Positions 40,501-51,174 of a stretch of DNA of 64,000 nucleotides are shown here, piece after piece. The position numbers and the translations under genes were made by a program. The notes below the pieces were generated by a model that was not told where the DNA came from, did no database searches, and saw only the letters and a list, made by a program, of their open reading frames with translations. The DNA comes from Selaginella moellendorffii (Eukaryota; Plantae; Lycopodiophyta), in contig NW_003314363.1 in the NCBI RefSeq assembly GCF_000143415.4, positions 248,001 through 312,000 on the forward strand. The letters are read 5' to 3'. Each line of letters starts with the position of its first letter. The first letter of the stretch is position 1.

Positions 40501-43500
40501 TCCACGCTCACCATTCCACAGCTCACATCCCCGCCTCGTAACCAGTGCGCCAGACGATCACTCAAAGTTCCCTCCAGCATCGGGTCCAGGACCAAGTTTT
40601 CATATCCGGAATTCCCCTGGGCTGCAACTGCTGCAACAGCCACTGTCTCGACTGTTTCCCGACTTTCCACCTCTGTGATTGAACTTTCCTGCTTCACCGA
40701 GGCTGTTCCCGAGGTTGTGTCGCTGCTGTTATCAATAGCATCGTCCTTCTCCAGCGCAATCGGGGTCGCCCCATACGAGTTCTTCATGGCAACCTGTACC
40801 GTCCTAGTATTATTGCCATCTCCGAGCGTGATAAAACCCGTAGGCCAACTCTGATCCACACAAGCTTGCCTCAGCCACGGCCTTCCTAGGATTGCCGGGT
40901 AGCTCTGCTTCATGCCCTCCATCCTCAGCACCACGTAATCCACAAAAAAGGTGAAGCCTGCGATCTCAGTTTTGACCCCCGTGATCACTCCGAGTGGCTT
41001 CGACTTGGTCTGATTCGCCATCCTCACCCTGAAGTGAACCGGGACTGGTGGATCTAGCCCGAGCTTGGCAACCATCTCCTCTGGCAAAACATTGATTGCT
41101 GAACCTCCATCGATCACGCAATCTCGGAGATGCACCCCAGAGATCTCCCCGTCGATCACCGGCGTATTAAGGTCGATAATCGGCCATGCTGCGTTCACCA
41201 CCACTTCACGATGCTCCTTCACGGCAGTGTTCACAACTTTCCTCAAGCCTGGCGCCAGCTGAAGCAACTGAGCAAAGGTGATGCTCGGCCTCTGATTTTC
41301 CAGGTCTTGGAGAATGTCATACGGCTTTGTCTCCAAGTTTAGTACTCGTTTATATCGTCTCCGGCGCTCACCCTGCTTCCTCTTCAGGACTGGTTTCCTA
41401 CCCATTTTAAACTCACTGAGCTGCTGCTTCATCCGGCTCGGACCAGACAGCCCTGCGTTCTCGAGAACTTGAGCAAATTTTCTTTTCTCCTCCAAGCTCG
41501 GAATCACTTCAACTCTATCCTCTGCGTGATCTTGTTCCTCCACTGCCACATCACCCGCAGGTTCAGGCCAGCTCCTCAACTTTTCCACTGCCTCCAATTC
41601 TTTGAGCTTACGGCGATTTTCCTTTGCAATGGCCTCTGGGTCCACTCCGAAATCGAAACCAGAGTTTGCAGTGTGCAATTCCCCTCCTCGCTGTCGGTAA
41701 GCTCCTCGGGTTTCCATCACGTACACTGGGGGATCGTTCCTCTCCTCTTCAAAATCCTCTGCCGCAACAAAAATTGCTTTTGACTCCACCACCCGCTTGC
41801 CTCGGTCCCCAGCGGACTCGGGTTTCGCCTGCGATTGAGGTAGCTGCAGTCGGTGTGGGCACTGGTCCTGAGTATGCAAGCCTTGAGTTTGACAGATACC
41901 ACAGATTGGCTTGTAACCCTCGGGCTTCCTCGCGTTAGGGCAATTTGGGGCGATATGCCCTTCCTCCCGGCACCGGTAACAAATGACGACCCCGCGGGGT
42001 CGTCGACTCCACCCGCTTTGCTGCTGATATGCCGGGACTTGCTGCAAGTTTCCCTGGTTCACTGGCTCCACAGCATACACCGGGTAAGCTCCCTGTTGAG
42101 GCTGAGTCGTTTGGGGCTGCACATAGAATCCAGCACCCATCTGCTGGCCCGGCAAGGTCTGGTACACGGGCTGAGCTGCCATTGGTCCTACCGCTGGAAC
42201 TTGCTGCTCCCTCATTCTAGCAAAGCAGTTCTCAGTGGTGTGATTTGTTCGCCGACAGTAACCACAGCGAGGTCGAGCTGGCTGGGGATTCTGACACTCA
42301 TTGGGGTAGTGCCCATAGCCCTTGCATCGCACGCACCAAATCTCGGCGCGGTCCACCACCTTCCGAGGTTGCGCCTCAGTTTGGCCTCTCACCAAGTTCA
42401 CTTGTAGCTCTGCCATCTGCTTGGTGAGGGTTTCCACTACATCTTCTTTCACCTTTGCCAGTTGTGACTCGAAGTTTGGTAGGTGTTGACTCGTCATTGG
42501 AATTGACAGAGCTGGAGCCGCCGGTACTGCTGGTAACAGAGTCGACTGGAGCTGCAACTGGGGCTGGGGCATATACTGAACCCCCGCCATCACACTTGGG
42601 TAAGCTCCAGACGCGTAGGATGACCTCGATCCCAGCCTCGCTTGCTCCCACGTCGCTGCATGCTCGATAGCTGCATTCAAATCTTGAGGTCTGTGAATTT
42701 TCACGTGGAAACTGAGCTCGTAGGGCAGCCCGTTGAGATAACAACGGACTTGATCTTCTGCAGGTGGAGCCGGATTCTTTCTCTGCAGTAGCGCTCTGTA
42801 CCTCCGAGTATAGTCCTGCAACGTCTCTCCTGGCAGGAGCTGAATAGAATTCAACTCCTCGGTGATCCGGGTACTAAACCCGAATGGCCTGAACTGCCCC
42901 AGAAATGCTCTTTTCAACGCATCCCAGGTGGCAAATGCTGGTTGTGCTCCCGCAACAACAGCAGAAGCTTGAGCGTACCAATCCATCGCCGGACCGGAGA
43001 GCGTTGTGGGAAACCACCTCAGCCTCGCTGCATCCGCCTGCTCTTGATTTGCCAAGCTCACCACCTCGAACGCCGTGATATGAGAATCTGGATCGCTCAG
43101 GTTGGTGAACTTTTGATATTTTTCTCTTCCTCCTCCTGCTGCCGGCTGAGCCATATTGTTTGGTGGCGCAGGTGGAACCAGATTAACCGGGTTCAAAGTC
43201 ACTGTCAGGCTTGCCGATCCGGTTGGAGAAGTTGGCAGTGTAAACTCCGCCTCTGGTGAAGTCGGGGGGGCTGGAGGTGATGAACTCTGAAACTCCCCCC
43301 AGTTGTTGCCCTCCTCTACACTCTCTACTCTACGCTGCTCCGGGCTGTTCCACGGTGTACTGGTCTCAGCTGGTACCGAATTCCTTCTCAAGTATCTCTC
43401 GCTTCGAGACTCTTTTTGTTTTTGTTTAGTTTCTTCATCAAAGCGATAGTATTCCGGGTGTCGGCTCAGCGGCCTCCTCTTTCCACAGGGGTGTTCCGGA

Positions 43501-43508
43501 TGGTCCAC
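37563..43508 (-). CDS. Gag-Pol polyprotein (gag, 4 zinc knuckles, aspartic protease, RT, RNase H, integrase with GPY/F motif)
   Basis: 1981-codon ORF with CX2CX4HX4C x3 plus CX2CX5HX4C; VIDGGSAINV; LDGFSGYNQV, MPFGLCNAPATFQ, FLDDF; HVDTSG...ERE...DHQAL...DHLSR; H-H-C-C; GIDF...SDRG...QVERTN; WLGPYRV. Order PR-RT-RH-INT. The listed start is GTG; the first in-frame ATG is at 43154. Confidence 0.97.
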   Translation of the reverse strand: MDHPEHPCGKRRPLSRHPEYYRFDEETKQKQKESRSERYLRRNSVPAETSTPWNSPEQRRVESVEEGNNWGEFQSSSPPAPPTSPEAEFTLPTSPTGSASLTVTLNPVNLVPPAPPNNMAQPAAGGGREKYQKFTNLSDPDSHITAFEVVSLANQEQADAARLRWFPTTLSGPAMDWYAQASAVVAGAQPAFATWDALKRAFLGQFRPFGFSTRITEELNSIQLLPGETLQDYTRRYRALLQRKNPAPPAEDQVRCYLNGLPYELSFHVKIHRPQDLNAAIEHAATWEQARLGSRSSYASGAYPSVMAGVQYMPQPQLQLQSTLLPAVPAAPALSIPMTSQHLPNFESQLAKVKEDVVETLTKQMAELQVNLVRGQTEAQPRKVVDRAEIWCVRCKGYGHYPNECQNPQPARPRCGYCRRTNHTTENCFARMREQQVPAVGPMAAQPVYQTLPGQQMGAGFYVQPQTTQPQQGAYPVYAVEPVNQGNLQQVPAYQQQSGWSRRPRGVVICYRCREEGHIAPNCPNARKPEGYKPICGICQTQGLHTQDQCPHRLQLPQSQAKPESAGDRGKRVVESKAIFVAAEDFEEERNDPPVYVMETRGAYRQRGGELHTANSGFDFGVDPEAIAKENRRKLKELEAVEKLRSWPEPAGDVAVEEQDHAEDRVEVIPSLEEKRKFAQVLENAGLSGPSRMKQQLSEFKMGRKPVLKRKQGERRRRYKRVLNLETKPYDILQDLENQRPSITFAQLLQLAPGLRKVVNTAVKEHREVVVNAAWPIIDLNTPVIDGEISGVHLRDCVIDGGSAINVLPEEMVAKLGLDPPVPVHFRVRMANQTKSKPLGVITGVKTEIAGFTFFVDYVVLRMEGMKQSYPAILGRPWLRQACVDQSWPTGFITLGDGNNTRTVQVAMKNSYGATPIALEKDDAIDNSSDTTSGTASVKQESSITEVESRETVETVAVAAVAAQGNSGYENLVLDPMLEGTLSDRLAHWLRGGDVSCGMVSVELNQREEGGALSFPMRFTADAQKEDVLPINEVPAIQVDGTGASTYVTKPELEEVNLGEPGEEKPVKLGRALSNRLRKLVIQLCRRYIDVFAWSYKDMRGISPKLACHRITLKSGAMPVRQRPYRMNPHYSKQVKEELEKLLQAGFIFEVEWSEWLSPIVVVLKKTGQLRVCVDFRKLNEATVKDGFPLPFTDVVLDAVAGHELYSFLDGFSGYNQVVIAEEDQLKTAFVTEWGCYAYRVMPFGLCNAPATFQRAVTAAFQPYMRTSMEVFLDDFSVFGAEEDHVNSLEKCFVRCREFGMSLNPYKCQLGVTHGILLGRIVSREGMAVDPGKVAVIEKLRAPSSVKELQGFLGHVGYHRRFIRGFADKAQALTCLLKKGVEFAWSEKCQQAFEELKRALVQAPILRMPDWEVEFHVHVDTSGVAIGAVLCQPHENWDHPVCFSSRQLNLAERNYSATEREGLGMIYTIQQYRHYLLGREFVFYLDHQALKYLISKPCKTGKIMRWLLLLQEFEFRIVLKPGKSHSMPDHLSRLPAVESSAGVEDEFPDATVYKIELLPGWYEEMMEFMSTGVYPPELTKSERRRLLLQSRLFTVVAEHLYRVGRDGVLRRCVLPEEVPRLLRECHDSAVGGHFHAANTAELIQRAGYWWPTLRKDVLEYVKTCDQCQRAGKPDRRSYLPLQPIVPVMAFEKWGIDFCGPFPPARRTGCKYVVVCTDYVTKWVEVKPLREDTGRKVAEFLYEQVITRFGCPLELVSDRGTHFLNEVVEALTTVYDVYHSKSTPYYPRCNGQVERTNGTLCRVVTKTCSATRGDWDKRIQDAVWAYRVAFKVTTKFSPFQLVYGQEAVLPIELELPALRTAVEHDMDWQGSLEKRVKELDVLDEDRLVSYQNRRVIQARRKAWHDKNLRKREFTKGDLVLLYDSKFWKHPGKLKMRWLGPYRVMEVSAKGVVQLEDLAGNPLPTKVNGFRLRRYYTRQADQQ

Positions 43509-43538
43509 GGCTACCCAGTCTGTGCTACTCGAGGTAGG

Positions 43539-43556
43539 CTCCCGGCTGACGCACCA
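43539..43556 (-). promoter_or_regulatory. Primer-binding site of element E, tRNA-Gly-like (TGGTGCGTCAGCCGGGAG)
   Basis: Begins with TGG 2 nt inside the 5' LTR boundary. Complement CTCCCGGCTGACGCACCA resembles plant tRNA-Gly 3' ends as I recall them (not searched). Confidence 0.7.
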
Positions 43557-43640
43557 TTTGTAGTCCTAACTTTTTCCAACTGCTCTCTACTAACGCACAC
43601 AGAAAACTCCAGGAAAACTCAACGTCATCTTTCATTCCAA

Positions 43641-43886
43641 CTACTGAACTGGATACATCGGGATGTTTGCCACTAAATCAGCGGCCTCAGGTGCCAAGAG
43701 CTCCTCTAGGACTTCACGCATCAGACGATACCAAACTTGGCCGCAAGTGGGGCAATGCGTGAGAATCTGTTGATCAGGCTGGACATGCATGCGCTCCACC
43801 GCTCTTCTCACCCTGTGCTTCCTCGTGATCCGATCTGCTGTGGGGTTGCGACGCACAGGACCAGACTGCTGACCGTCTCGCACCAT
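43641..43886 (-). CDS. Putative 81-aa LTR-encoded ORF (basic N-terminus, CPTC motif, helical C-terminus); duplicate at 36959-37204
   Basis: ATG-initiated ORF on the element sense strand within the LTR, upstream of gag. No homology recognised. Confidence 0.35.
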   Translation of the reverse strand: MVRDGQQSGPVRRNPTADRITRKHRVRRAVERMHVQPDQQILTHCPTCGQVWYRLMREVLEELLAPEAADLVANIPMYPVQ

Positions 43887-45594
43887 CTCCAAAACGCTGT
43901 CAAAACTTCCTCCAAGCAACCGTTTTTTCCCCGGCAAGAATCCGGCCTTAACTCCCTCCTGCAGAATATTCCCTTCATATCCAGGATATCCCTGGCATCC
44001 CTCCTAATCTAGCCCTAACTTTATTCTTGGGGTTATCCCACATCCGGAATATTCCGATAACACCAATCTTCTGGAACACACCTCGTAGTACCTGCAAACT
44101 TCTCGCATCTCCGGCTCATAACTCGGAAATTTCCTGCTGCAACTCTTCGCTCACATCTTCTGGAACAAGTTAGTGGGATGACAAGCATCTAGCATTTTAA
44201 TGTTAGGACCAGCATGCAAAATAGAGCCAAACAGAGTCAAGCACTATTTCTGTATATTGGTGGTCTAATGCTAAGATATGGGTACTCCACCAGCTAGTAT
44301 AGTATGGAACTTTAGTTTAAACCTAAGTCGAATGCAAAACAAAGATAAATGCACAAGTGAGAGCTAAATTATGCCTCAAATTAGTCAACCATACCCAACA
44401 TACCCACTATCTTTACTATAAATTTGGAACCACCCACCCCCTCTTGAAGAATGCATGCTTTGGGCATTCACCTTAGTCTTAAAAGTTTTTGGGACAATCA
44501 CAAAAACTTATTGAATATGGAATGATGTTAGATTATGAATCTAGACATAAGAACAACATCGTTGTGTTTAGGATAATTTCTATATCTTATAGATATGCTT
44601 AACTAGCAGATCTAGACACTTTCTATAAATAATTATTAAGACCAAATGGGATCAACACATGAGGCATGATAGTGAGGGTGTTTTGGCAAATACAGTAAAT
44701 TATTATCTAATGATATTGAGAAACTAGAGTTTAATATGTAGGGGTTCTTGTCACTAACCAGTGCAAGACACAATAAGATGGGATCTCTTTACTAGGCTAA
44801 GTATACTTAGTTAATAGTAAGTAGGAATTCCATCTTTATGCTCTTTCGGCCTAAGTACACTTCAAATGCTTAATTGACTTCACTAGCACAATAGGGACTG
44901 ATAAAAGGTCTAACAATACTAATATTTTGTTATCATGGTAGTAAAAGAAGAATATCTGAAAGGACTTGCCAATAACTTTTAATCTCCAGAATAAAAATTC
45001 CCTTCCACCCTTTATTTTTAGTCACTTTGTTTGTTCCAAGAGTTCTTATTCTTGTCCGAGGTACCAACATATGGTTGCTAATACTGTTCTATAAGTGAGT
45101 GATTTAAAGCAATTTGTTGTGTTGCCTCCTTACACTCTATATATGTCTTCAACTTAAACTTCATATCTCATTGTGAAAAAGTGAACTTAAACCTTCCAAG
45201 TAATAACTTTAAGCATTTTTATCACTCATATTTGCAATCATAATGTGTTTATGAGCAAACATATTAATGTATTGTATAAGGTCTCTATACTACTTTAACC
45301 GCCACAACTTAGCACAAAGTCTCAAACTAAATCATTTGGCAAGTATTCCTTAATGATATGAGACTACATCTTAGTCCAACTTCTCGTCTGCATTTTTTCA
45401 GCACATACTTGGTGCCACTAAGTTTTGGCATAATCGGTGATAAAAGATTATATATACACAACTTTTGTACAATTATCTACATCTATCACTATGAAATAGT
45501 TTTTCATATCAGACCCAATCTTCCAAAAATTAATAGTCTCACATGCCTCTGAAATTGAGTTAATTTAGGGGCTTGAGCTTTGAAACTCATGCAT

Positions 45595-46016
45595 TGATTG
45601 ACATCTGGCAAGTCTAGTTTGTCTAACTGGGCTCGACCTGAGGGGTAGGGTGTTAAGGACCAAATTGGGCTCGACATGAGGGGTAGAGTGTCAAGGAGCA
45701 AATTGGGCTTGACCTGAGGGGTAGGGTGTTAAGAGAGCGAGGCTCTAAAGAGAGTTGTGGCTCTCAGTTTCGCAGCTCTTTGTTTTTGTTCACGAGGGTG
45801 TGAACTTATAGGGAAGTGTGATGGATTATAAGCAACCAAATAGAACGATTCAAGAGATAGTCCATGGGGTTCAAATATAAAGGGAAAAGGCCCATGAAAG
45901 TGCACTCTTTTTTCCAATCGATTAATAGTCTTGGGATACTTGAGGTTAAGCGTCTTTGGGTTTGAATAATACTGGGTTAGGTGACCTTCCGAGAAATCTA
46001 AATTCAGGAGTTTATA
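45595..46016 (+). mobile_element. 5'-truncated Cassandra TRIM (interior with triplicated ~40-bp unit; 3' LTR 45827-46016)
   Basis: Reverse complement of the other Cassandra copies. 5S-like GGTTAAGCGTCTTTGGGTTTGAATAATACTGGGTTAGGTGACCTTCCGAGAAATC at 45944-45998. Confidence 0.85.
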
Positions 46017-47330
46017 AAAAACTTAAAGAAGAGTCTAGTTGCTTAGGTTTACTTAATTTAGTTGCCTTAACTTCTTTCCTCCTCTTTTTGTTCTCCTTCT
46101 TTACCTCTAAATTTGAAGAGGAGTCTAGTTGCTTAGGTTTACCTAGTTTATTTACTTCAACTTCTTTCTTCCTCTTTTTGTTCTCCTTCTTTACTTTACA
46201 AACTTTCTTTCACAAATTCTAGTTCTCAATGTTTTGAGCCATATGCTATAGTGTTGCAACATCAAGCTCTTCCCCTTTTAACTTAGTCTTAGCCTCTTCT
46301 TTAGTTTCTTCAATGGGAGTTTCCTCCTCTCGATTGCCCTTTTAGAGGTTTCAACTTCATTAACACAATTTGTTTTCACCATTTTATTAGTTGCATACAT
46401 GCCTCTATCAATAGTTGAACATGTATACAACATTTTTACCGAATGGTGAAATCCAACTAATTCTATACAAGTCGCTTTGGATCTACTAGAAAAGTCTTTG
46501 TGTATGCAATTTGCGTAAAAAACTTTGACAAAAGTTAGATATAGGAATCACTAAGATAATTTCTTTGATATCAAATGTAGTGCATCTAAATTTTGAGACA
46601 AATTCTAAGGCCATCACACCATGAAACAAGGGTCTAATACACTTTCAATTCTATGAGCACCAACTCCTATCCAACACATATATGCAAAATGGTGTTAGAC
46701 AGTGTTAAACACGATTTCGGCATATTGGTGGCCTAACGTGAGGAGGTGGGTGCCCCACCAACTAACACAGGGTTTAGACCCAAACTGAATATAGAACAAA
46801 GAGCAACACAACTTAACAGAAATTAAATTAATGTTTTAGGTAGTTAGCCATGTAATTCAACTATTATCCCTACTATATTTGAAACCCTTTACAGGTTATG
46901 CACACTTTAGGCTTTCACCTATCTCAGGAGTTAGTCTATAGGACAAATGTAAATACTTACTAAATTTAGAATAGTGTTAGATTGTGAATCAAGATGTAGG
47001 AACAACACTATGGGGGACACTCTCTACATTTTGTAAATATGCTTCTTAAGTGGATCTAGCACTTACCACAAATAATATATGGAATCGAAATGGGACCAAC
47101 ACATGGGGTGTGATAGCGAGGGTGTGTGGTAAACACGGTAAGATATCACAAAACGATATTGAGGGACTAAACTCAATATTATAGGGATTCTTAACACTAG
47201 CAAGTGCAAGTTAATGAATAAATTTCTTTAACTAAGTCAAGTATATAATAGCATTTAAGAATTTTATCCTTATGCTCATTTGGTCAAGTGCATATATGAT
47301 AACTAATTTCTCAACTAATTTAGGTGGAGA

Positions 47331-50300
47331 TGTTGAGATCCGCCCAGATCTCCTGGCAGGAATCACTAATATATTCCCATAAAAAGCTCATAGCTGCTTC
47401 AAAGATTTTGGAAGTGGCCAATCTGCAACAACTTGCAATTTTGATGGATCAGCCCATACCTTGCCATGTCCTACACAAAATCCGAGGTACTCAATGGTCT
47501 TCAGTCCAAAAGAACACTTGGATAACTTTGCAACCAAAGCATTGTTCTCCAAAATGGATAAAATCACTTCCAAGTGATGCAAGTGTTCTGTCCAGTCCTG
47601 ACTATAGATTAGTATGTCATCAAAAAAACTATAACGAACTGGAAGAGATACTTAGCCAAAAGTTTGTTCATGAGACTTTGAAACATAGCAGGTGCATTAG
47701 TAAGGCCAAAGGGCATTACTTTGAATTGAAACAATCCTCGGTGAGTCCTGAATGCTGTTTTGGCCTTGTCCTCATCCTGCATGGCAATCTGATAATAACC
47801 AGAACGAAGGTCAATCTTGGAAAAGAACTTGGCGATGCCAAGCTCATCCAGAAGCTCATCTACTCTAGGAATGGGGAACCTGTTCTTGACGGTTATCCTA
47901 TTAAGGGCCCTGTAATCCACCACCAATCTCCATGAACCATCCTTCTTAAGGACAAGAAGCACAGGAGATGCAAACGGACTATTGCTTTCCTCCACCAACC
48001 ATTCCTGTTGTAATTCCTCCACCATGGTATCGACAATGGCTCATTCCTCCCTACTCAAACGAATTATTGGAGAGTTAACTGCGATGGAGTGTGGTTCTAA
48101 CTCAATCCGATATGTGATCCCGGTGACTTCGCTGGAATGATTACTAATCTTCCGGGTGAAAACACGGGCATGCTTGATCGCCACTGCCTTGATATCTGCA
48201 TGCATGGATGAGGTCTTTATGTCTGCCACTGCCTCTTCCACCTCAACTGATGAGAACGCTTCCCCCTTCCCACAAAGACTGGAATCGAGTTGCCTGTCAC
48301 TAGCAACCAAATTCATTGCACTTCCACTTTCTTTGCTGCTTTCTTCAAGTGCAGTCTTGATCTTATTCAAGTCCCCGCTGCTTTCTTCACAGTGTTGTCC
48401 CGCTTTCTTCACACCCGGACTTGAAGCTTGAGCTAGAAACCCGCTGCTTTCTTCTCAGTGTTGTCCTGCTTTCTTCACACCCGTCTCTAGCTGCTCTCCT
48501 AGACTCCGGCTGCTTTCTTCACAGTGTTGTCCTGCACCTGTCACAAACCTGGGTCCAAAGATGCAACTCAGCTGTCTTTTTTTCCTGAAGGTACAAAAGA
48601 GAGGAAAGTCGTTGGGCTCCTTCCAAAAAGCTCTCTACCGTCTCCAGCAGCCCGTCGTGTCTATGATAGATCAAGCACTCATTACCACCTCGCAAAATTT
48701 TCCGGCATTGGGACGCTGTTACGTGCTGAATCTATTGCTTTGGTGGCACCCCAAACCATTCAACGTGTTGTCCCTCAAAGGTGAAGGATGGCCCCCATGT
48801 CCATGACATAAAAGTGCTCCTCCAGCAAAAAGTTGTTCACCACCAAGTGACAAGGTACCATCTGATTCATCGGATAATTCCCCCATTGGCAATCTCCACA
48901 TCCAATGGAATTGGAGCTGGTTTGGTTAGTGAACGAGCGTTCACAAAGGAATATGAAGCTCCCAAGTCCACCAGTGCAAATGCTTGATGACTTGAAACTG
49001 TTTCTATTACCCGAATGCACTGTGGTCCTGTCTTCCCCAGAAAGGTTGGTAGTGAAATGGTGACTCCTAATGTGGCTTCTTCTCCTGGAACTTGAGATGA
49101 CACTTCACCCTCCCAAACAAAAATCTCTTGTTCTAAGTCCAAGTCACAGGAATGAGATCTCCATTGCTGTTTTGTTGGAACTGAATACTTGTCAACCTGC
49201 CCCTGCTTGCTCCTGGTTGTTGAATGGTTCGGGTCTTACAAACCTGTCTTTGTCCCCATTCCCATTTTGCTCCACAATCAAAACACTTGCCCAACTTCAT
49301 GTCTTCCAATCATTTAAGCCGTTCTTGTGGGGGAAGCGATGTGGATGAAAATGGCACTTGTTTCCCTGCGGTTGATAATCCATTGTTGAATGGCTTGCTG
49401 ATTTCTGCCATGCTCCGAGGTTGCAAACGAGGCCAATCAGAACGTGGTTTACTTGATGACTCCCACTCCTTGTACTTGAGATCTGCATTCAAAGCCAGTT
49501 GCATGGCTTGATGTATGGACGTAGGGGACATTTGAGCTACGTCAGCTCCCATTGACGTGGGTAAAGCAGCTACATAGCGTTGAACCAAGGCTGATTCAAG
49601 GATGTCATCCACGCCAAACTTTGCTTGTAGCCATTCCCAGTTAAAAGCCTGTAAAGTCTGTGTCCGTGGGTGGTACCGCAAATCACAATGTTTGTTGAAC
49701 GGAAGGTCCTGGACCGAGGAGAGCAGAAATTCCTCAGTAAGCATGGTCTTGAATGTTTCCCAATCCGGAAACACTCTGGCCCACTCCAGGCTGCTATACC
49801 ACTCAGAAGCCAAATTTGTGAGATAATTGGCCACTAAGGGTACCTTCTCCACCTCCTGAGGTTCACGCATCACAAAGTTTCTCTCATGGCGACGAATCCA
49901 CTCCAACAGCTTCTGTCGATTGTTCTCGCCCCCATAAGTTGGCAATTGAAATTTGTCCTTATCCCATTTTGCCGCTGATGAAGAGAACGGCATTCTCCCC
50001 AACAATCCATGACTCCTAGATGAGAAGGATGGTTGTAGGATTGGACTCACCACCCTTGGATCTTCCATCTTCATCTTCTCCTGTAATTCCTCATACCATG
50101 GCCTCACATGACGCTCTGGAAAGAGGCAAGTTCTTTCTCCCCATCACGGTGGTATCTCTGGCAGTTCCCCGCTTAGCCTCTTGTGTGAAGAAGTGACCTG
50201 AAGCTCCTCAAGCTGAGATTCCAAGGTCTGCTGCTTCTCCGCTAAAAGACGCATCACTGCTACTCTCATCCTGTCGATCCACTAACGACTGGACCGAAAC

Positions 50301-51041
50301 TTCCATGTCCCAGATTGTAGCTATGACCTGCTGCTGGTGAAGAAGATTCTGCTCGGTCAGTGCTTGCATGGTTGATTCCAATTGCTGGATTATCAACCCT
50401 TGCTCTTCCCTTTCCCCTTCTTGGTCACGCACTTGATCTGGATTGGAAACTCGCTCTAGCTCCTCATCCATTAGTGTGGTGGCCCCGATCTGCTTCTTTC
50501 TTGGCCTCATGTTTACGAATTTTGCCAAGGATGCTGGAGAAGCCATTCGCGAAGAAACCCTATTTCGCCATAGTGCCCATACGAGAGATAGCAAAGGGAT
50601 AACCGACTCTAAGTCAGTCACGCTGCCAATCTGTCCGATTAACTGGCTGAAAATGACATCTGCTAAGACTCCCGGAACCAAAATCCTTTTTAGGATCACC
50701 TCCGTTAGCCCCATCCTTCGCCATGATGCCAAACCCTTGCCTGGTACACCCAACCTGGTACACCCAATACGATCGATAGTATTGCTGCGATACCATTGTT
50801 GAGATCTGCCCAGATCTCCAGGCAGGAATCACCGATATATTCCATGGAAGAGAAATACAAGGAGGAAAAAGAGAGAAATTGGAAGAGGAGAGAGAGAAGA
50901 AAATAGCACCCAAAAATATAACCTACCTTCCATACCGTGTTCTCCCTCCTTTTATGAGGAATCTTTGCCATACCATGCTCACCAAGCCTAAATTGTTTAG
51001 GCCAAAACCATCCCTGGAAGCAATGAGAATGCTTCCTAACA
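47331..51041 (-). mobile_element. Deleted chromovirus-like Ty3/gypsy element G (5' LTR 50797-51041; 3' LTR stub 47331-~47377; gag-PR-RT only)
   Basis: Perfect TSD GGAGA (47326-47330 / 51042-51046). PBS TGGTATCGCAGC. Gag ORF 49310-50107; protease ALVDLGASYSF; RT SPFASPVLLVLKKDGSWRLVVDYRALN...KIDLRSGYYQI...MPFGLTNAPAMFQ. RNase H and integrase are deleted; frameshifts present. Confidence 0.9.
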
Positions 51042-51174
51042 GGAGACCATAAAAGAAACCAACAGTACCAACCTCCTACTAAGGAAAAAGTGTCCATAAA
51101 AATTTGATGATTGCTAGTTTTTCCTGTGAGGAGGAGCAAATATCTTTCGATACCCAGAATCACATGAAGATACA

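Larger units (their letters stand above)
36877..44183 (-). mobile_element. Intact, very young Ty3/gypsy LTR retrotransposon E (non-chromovirus, no extra RNase H seen); LTRs 36877-37501 and 43559-44183
   Basis: 625-bp LTRs, identical by inspection, TG...CA ends. Perfect TSD AGCAT (36872-36876 / 44184-44188). PBS 43539-43556, PPT GAGGTGGAGTGG (37502-37513). Single uninterrupted gag-pol ORF. Confidence 0.97.
35690..44990 (-). mobile_element. Family-B remnant (B''): interior fragment 35690-36650, Met PBS, 5' LTR 36651-~44990 interrupted by element E
   Basis: Interior is colinear, with deletions, with ~30715-32287. tgataccaaa precedes TGTAAAG at 36651. LTR resumes at 44189. Confidence 0.8.
45000..51172 (-). 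mobile_element. Family-B-related element with decayed gag (~45000-46400), degenerate Met PBS (~46563-46573) and 5' LTR 46576-~51172 (interrupted by G)
   Basis: Minus strand WTKM*SHIIKEYLPND...AKLWRLK...QYINMF...MSDKNA*SYYLEGL is retrotransposon-gag-like. LTR is colinear with B LTRs. ~70-bp tandem duplication at ~46028-46195. Confidence 0.7.

Noticed and set aside
37578-43676. Many plus-strand ORFs of 60-213 aa
   Set aside because: Antisense shadows of the GC-rich gag-pol ORF; no recognisable motifs.
44998-45015. Apparent PPT beside the B'' LTR suggesting a shared-LTR tandem element
   Set aside because: Better explained as part of the decayed gag of the neighbouring element, truncated by the B'' insertion.
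45944-45998. 5S rRNA gene
   Set aside because: Only the ~55-bp internal promoter segment is present, embedded in TRIM LTRs; the 5' half of 5S is missing.
47324-47935. 203-aa plus-strand ORF
   Set aside because: Antisense to element G's RT and crosses the LTR/RT deletion junction; no independent support.
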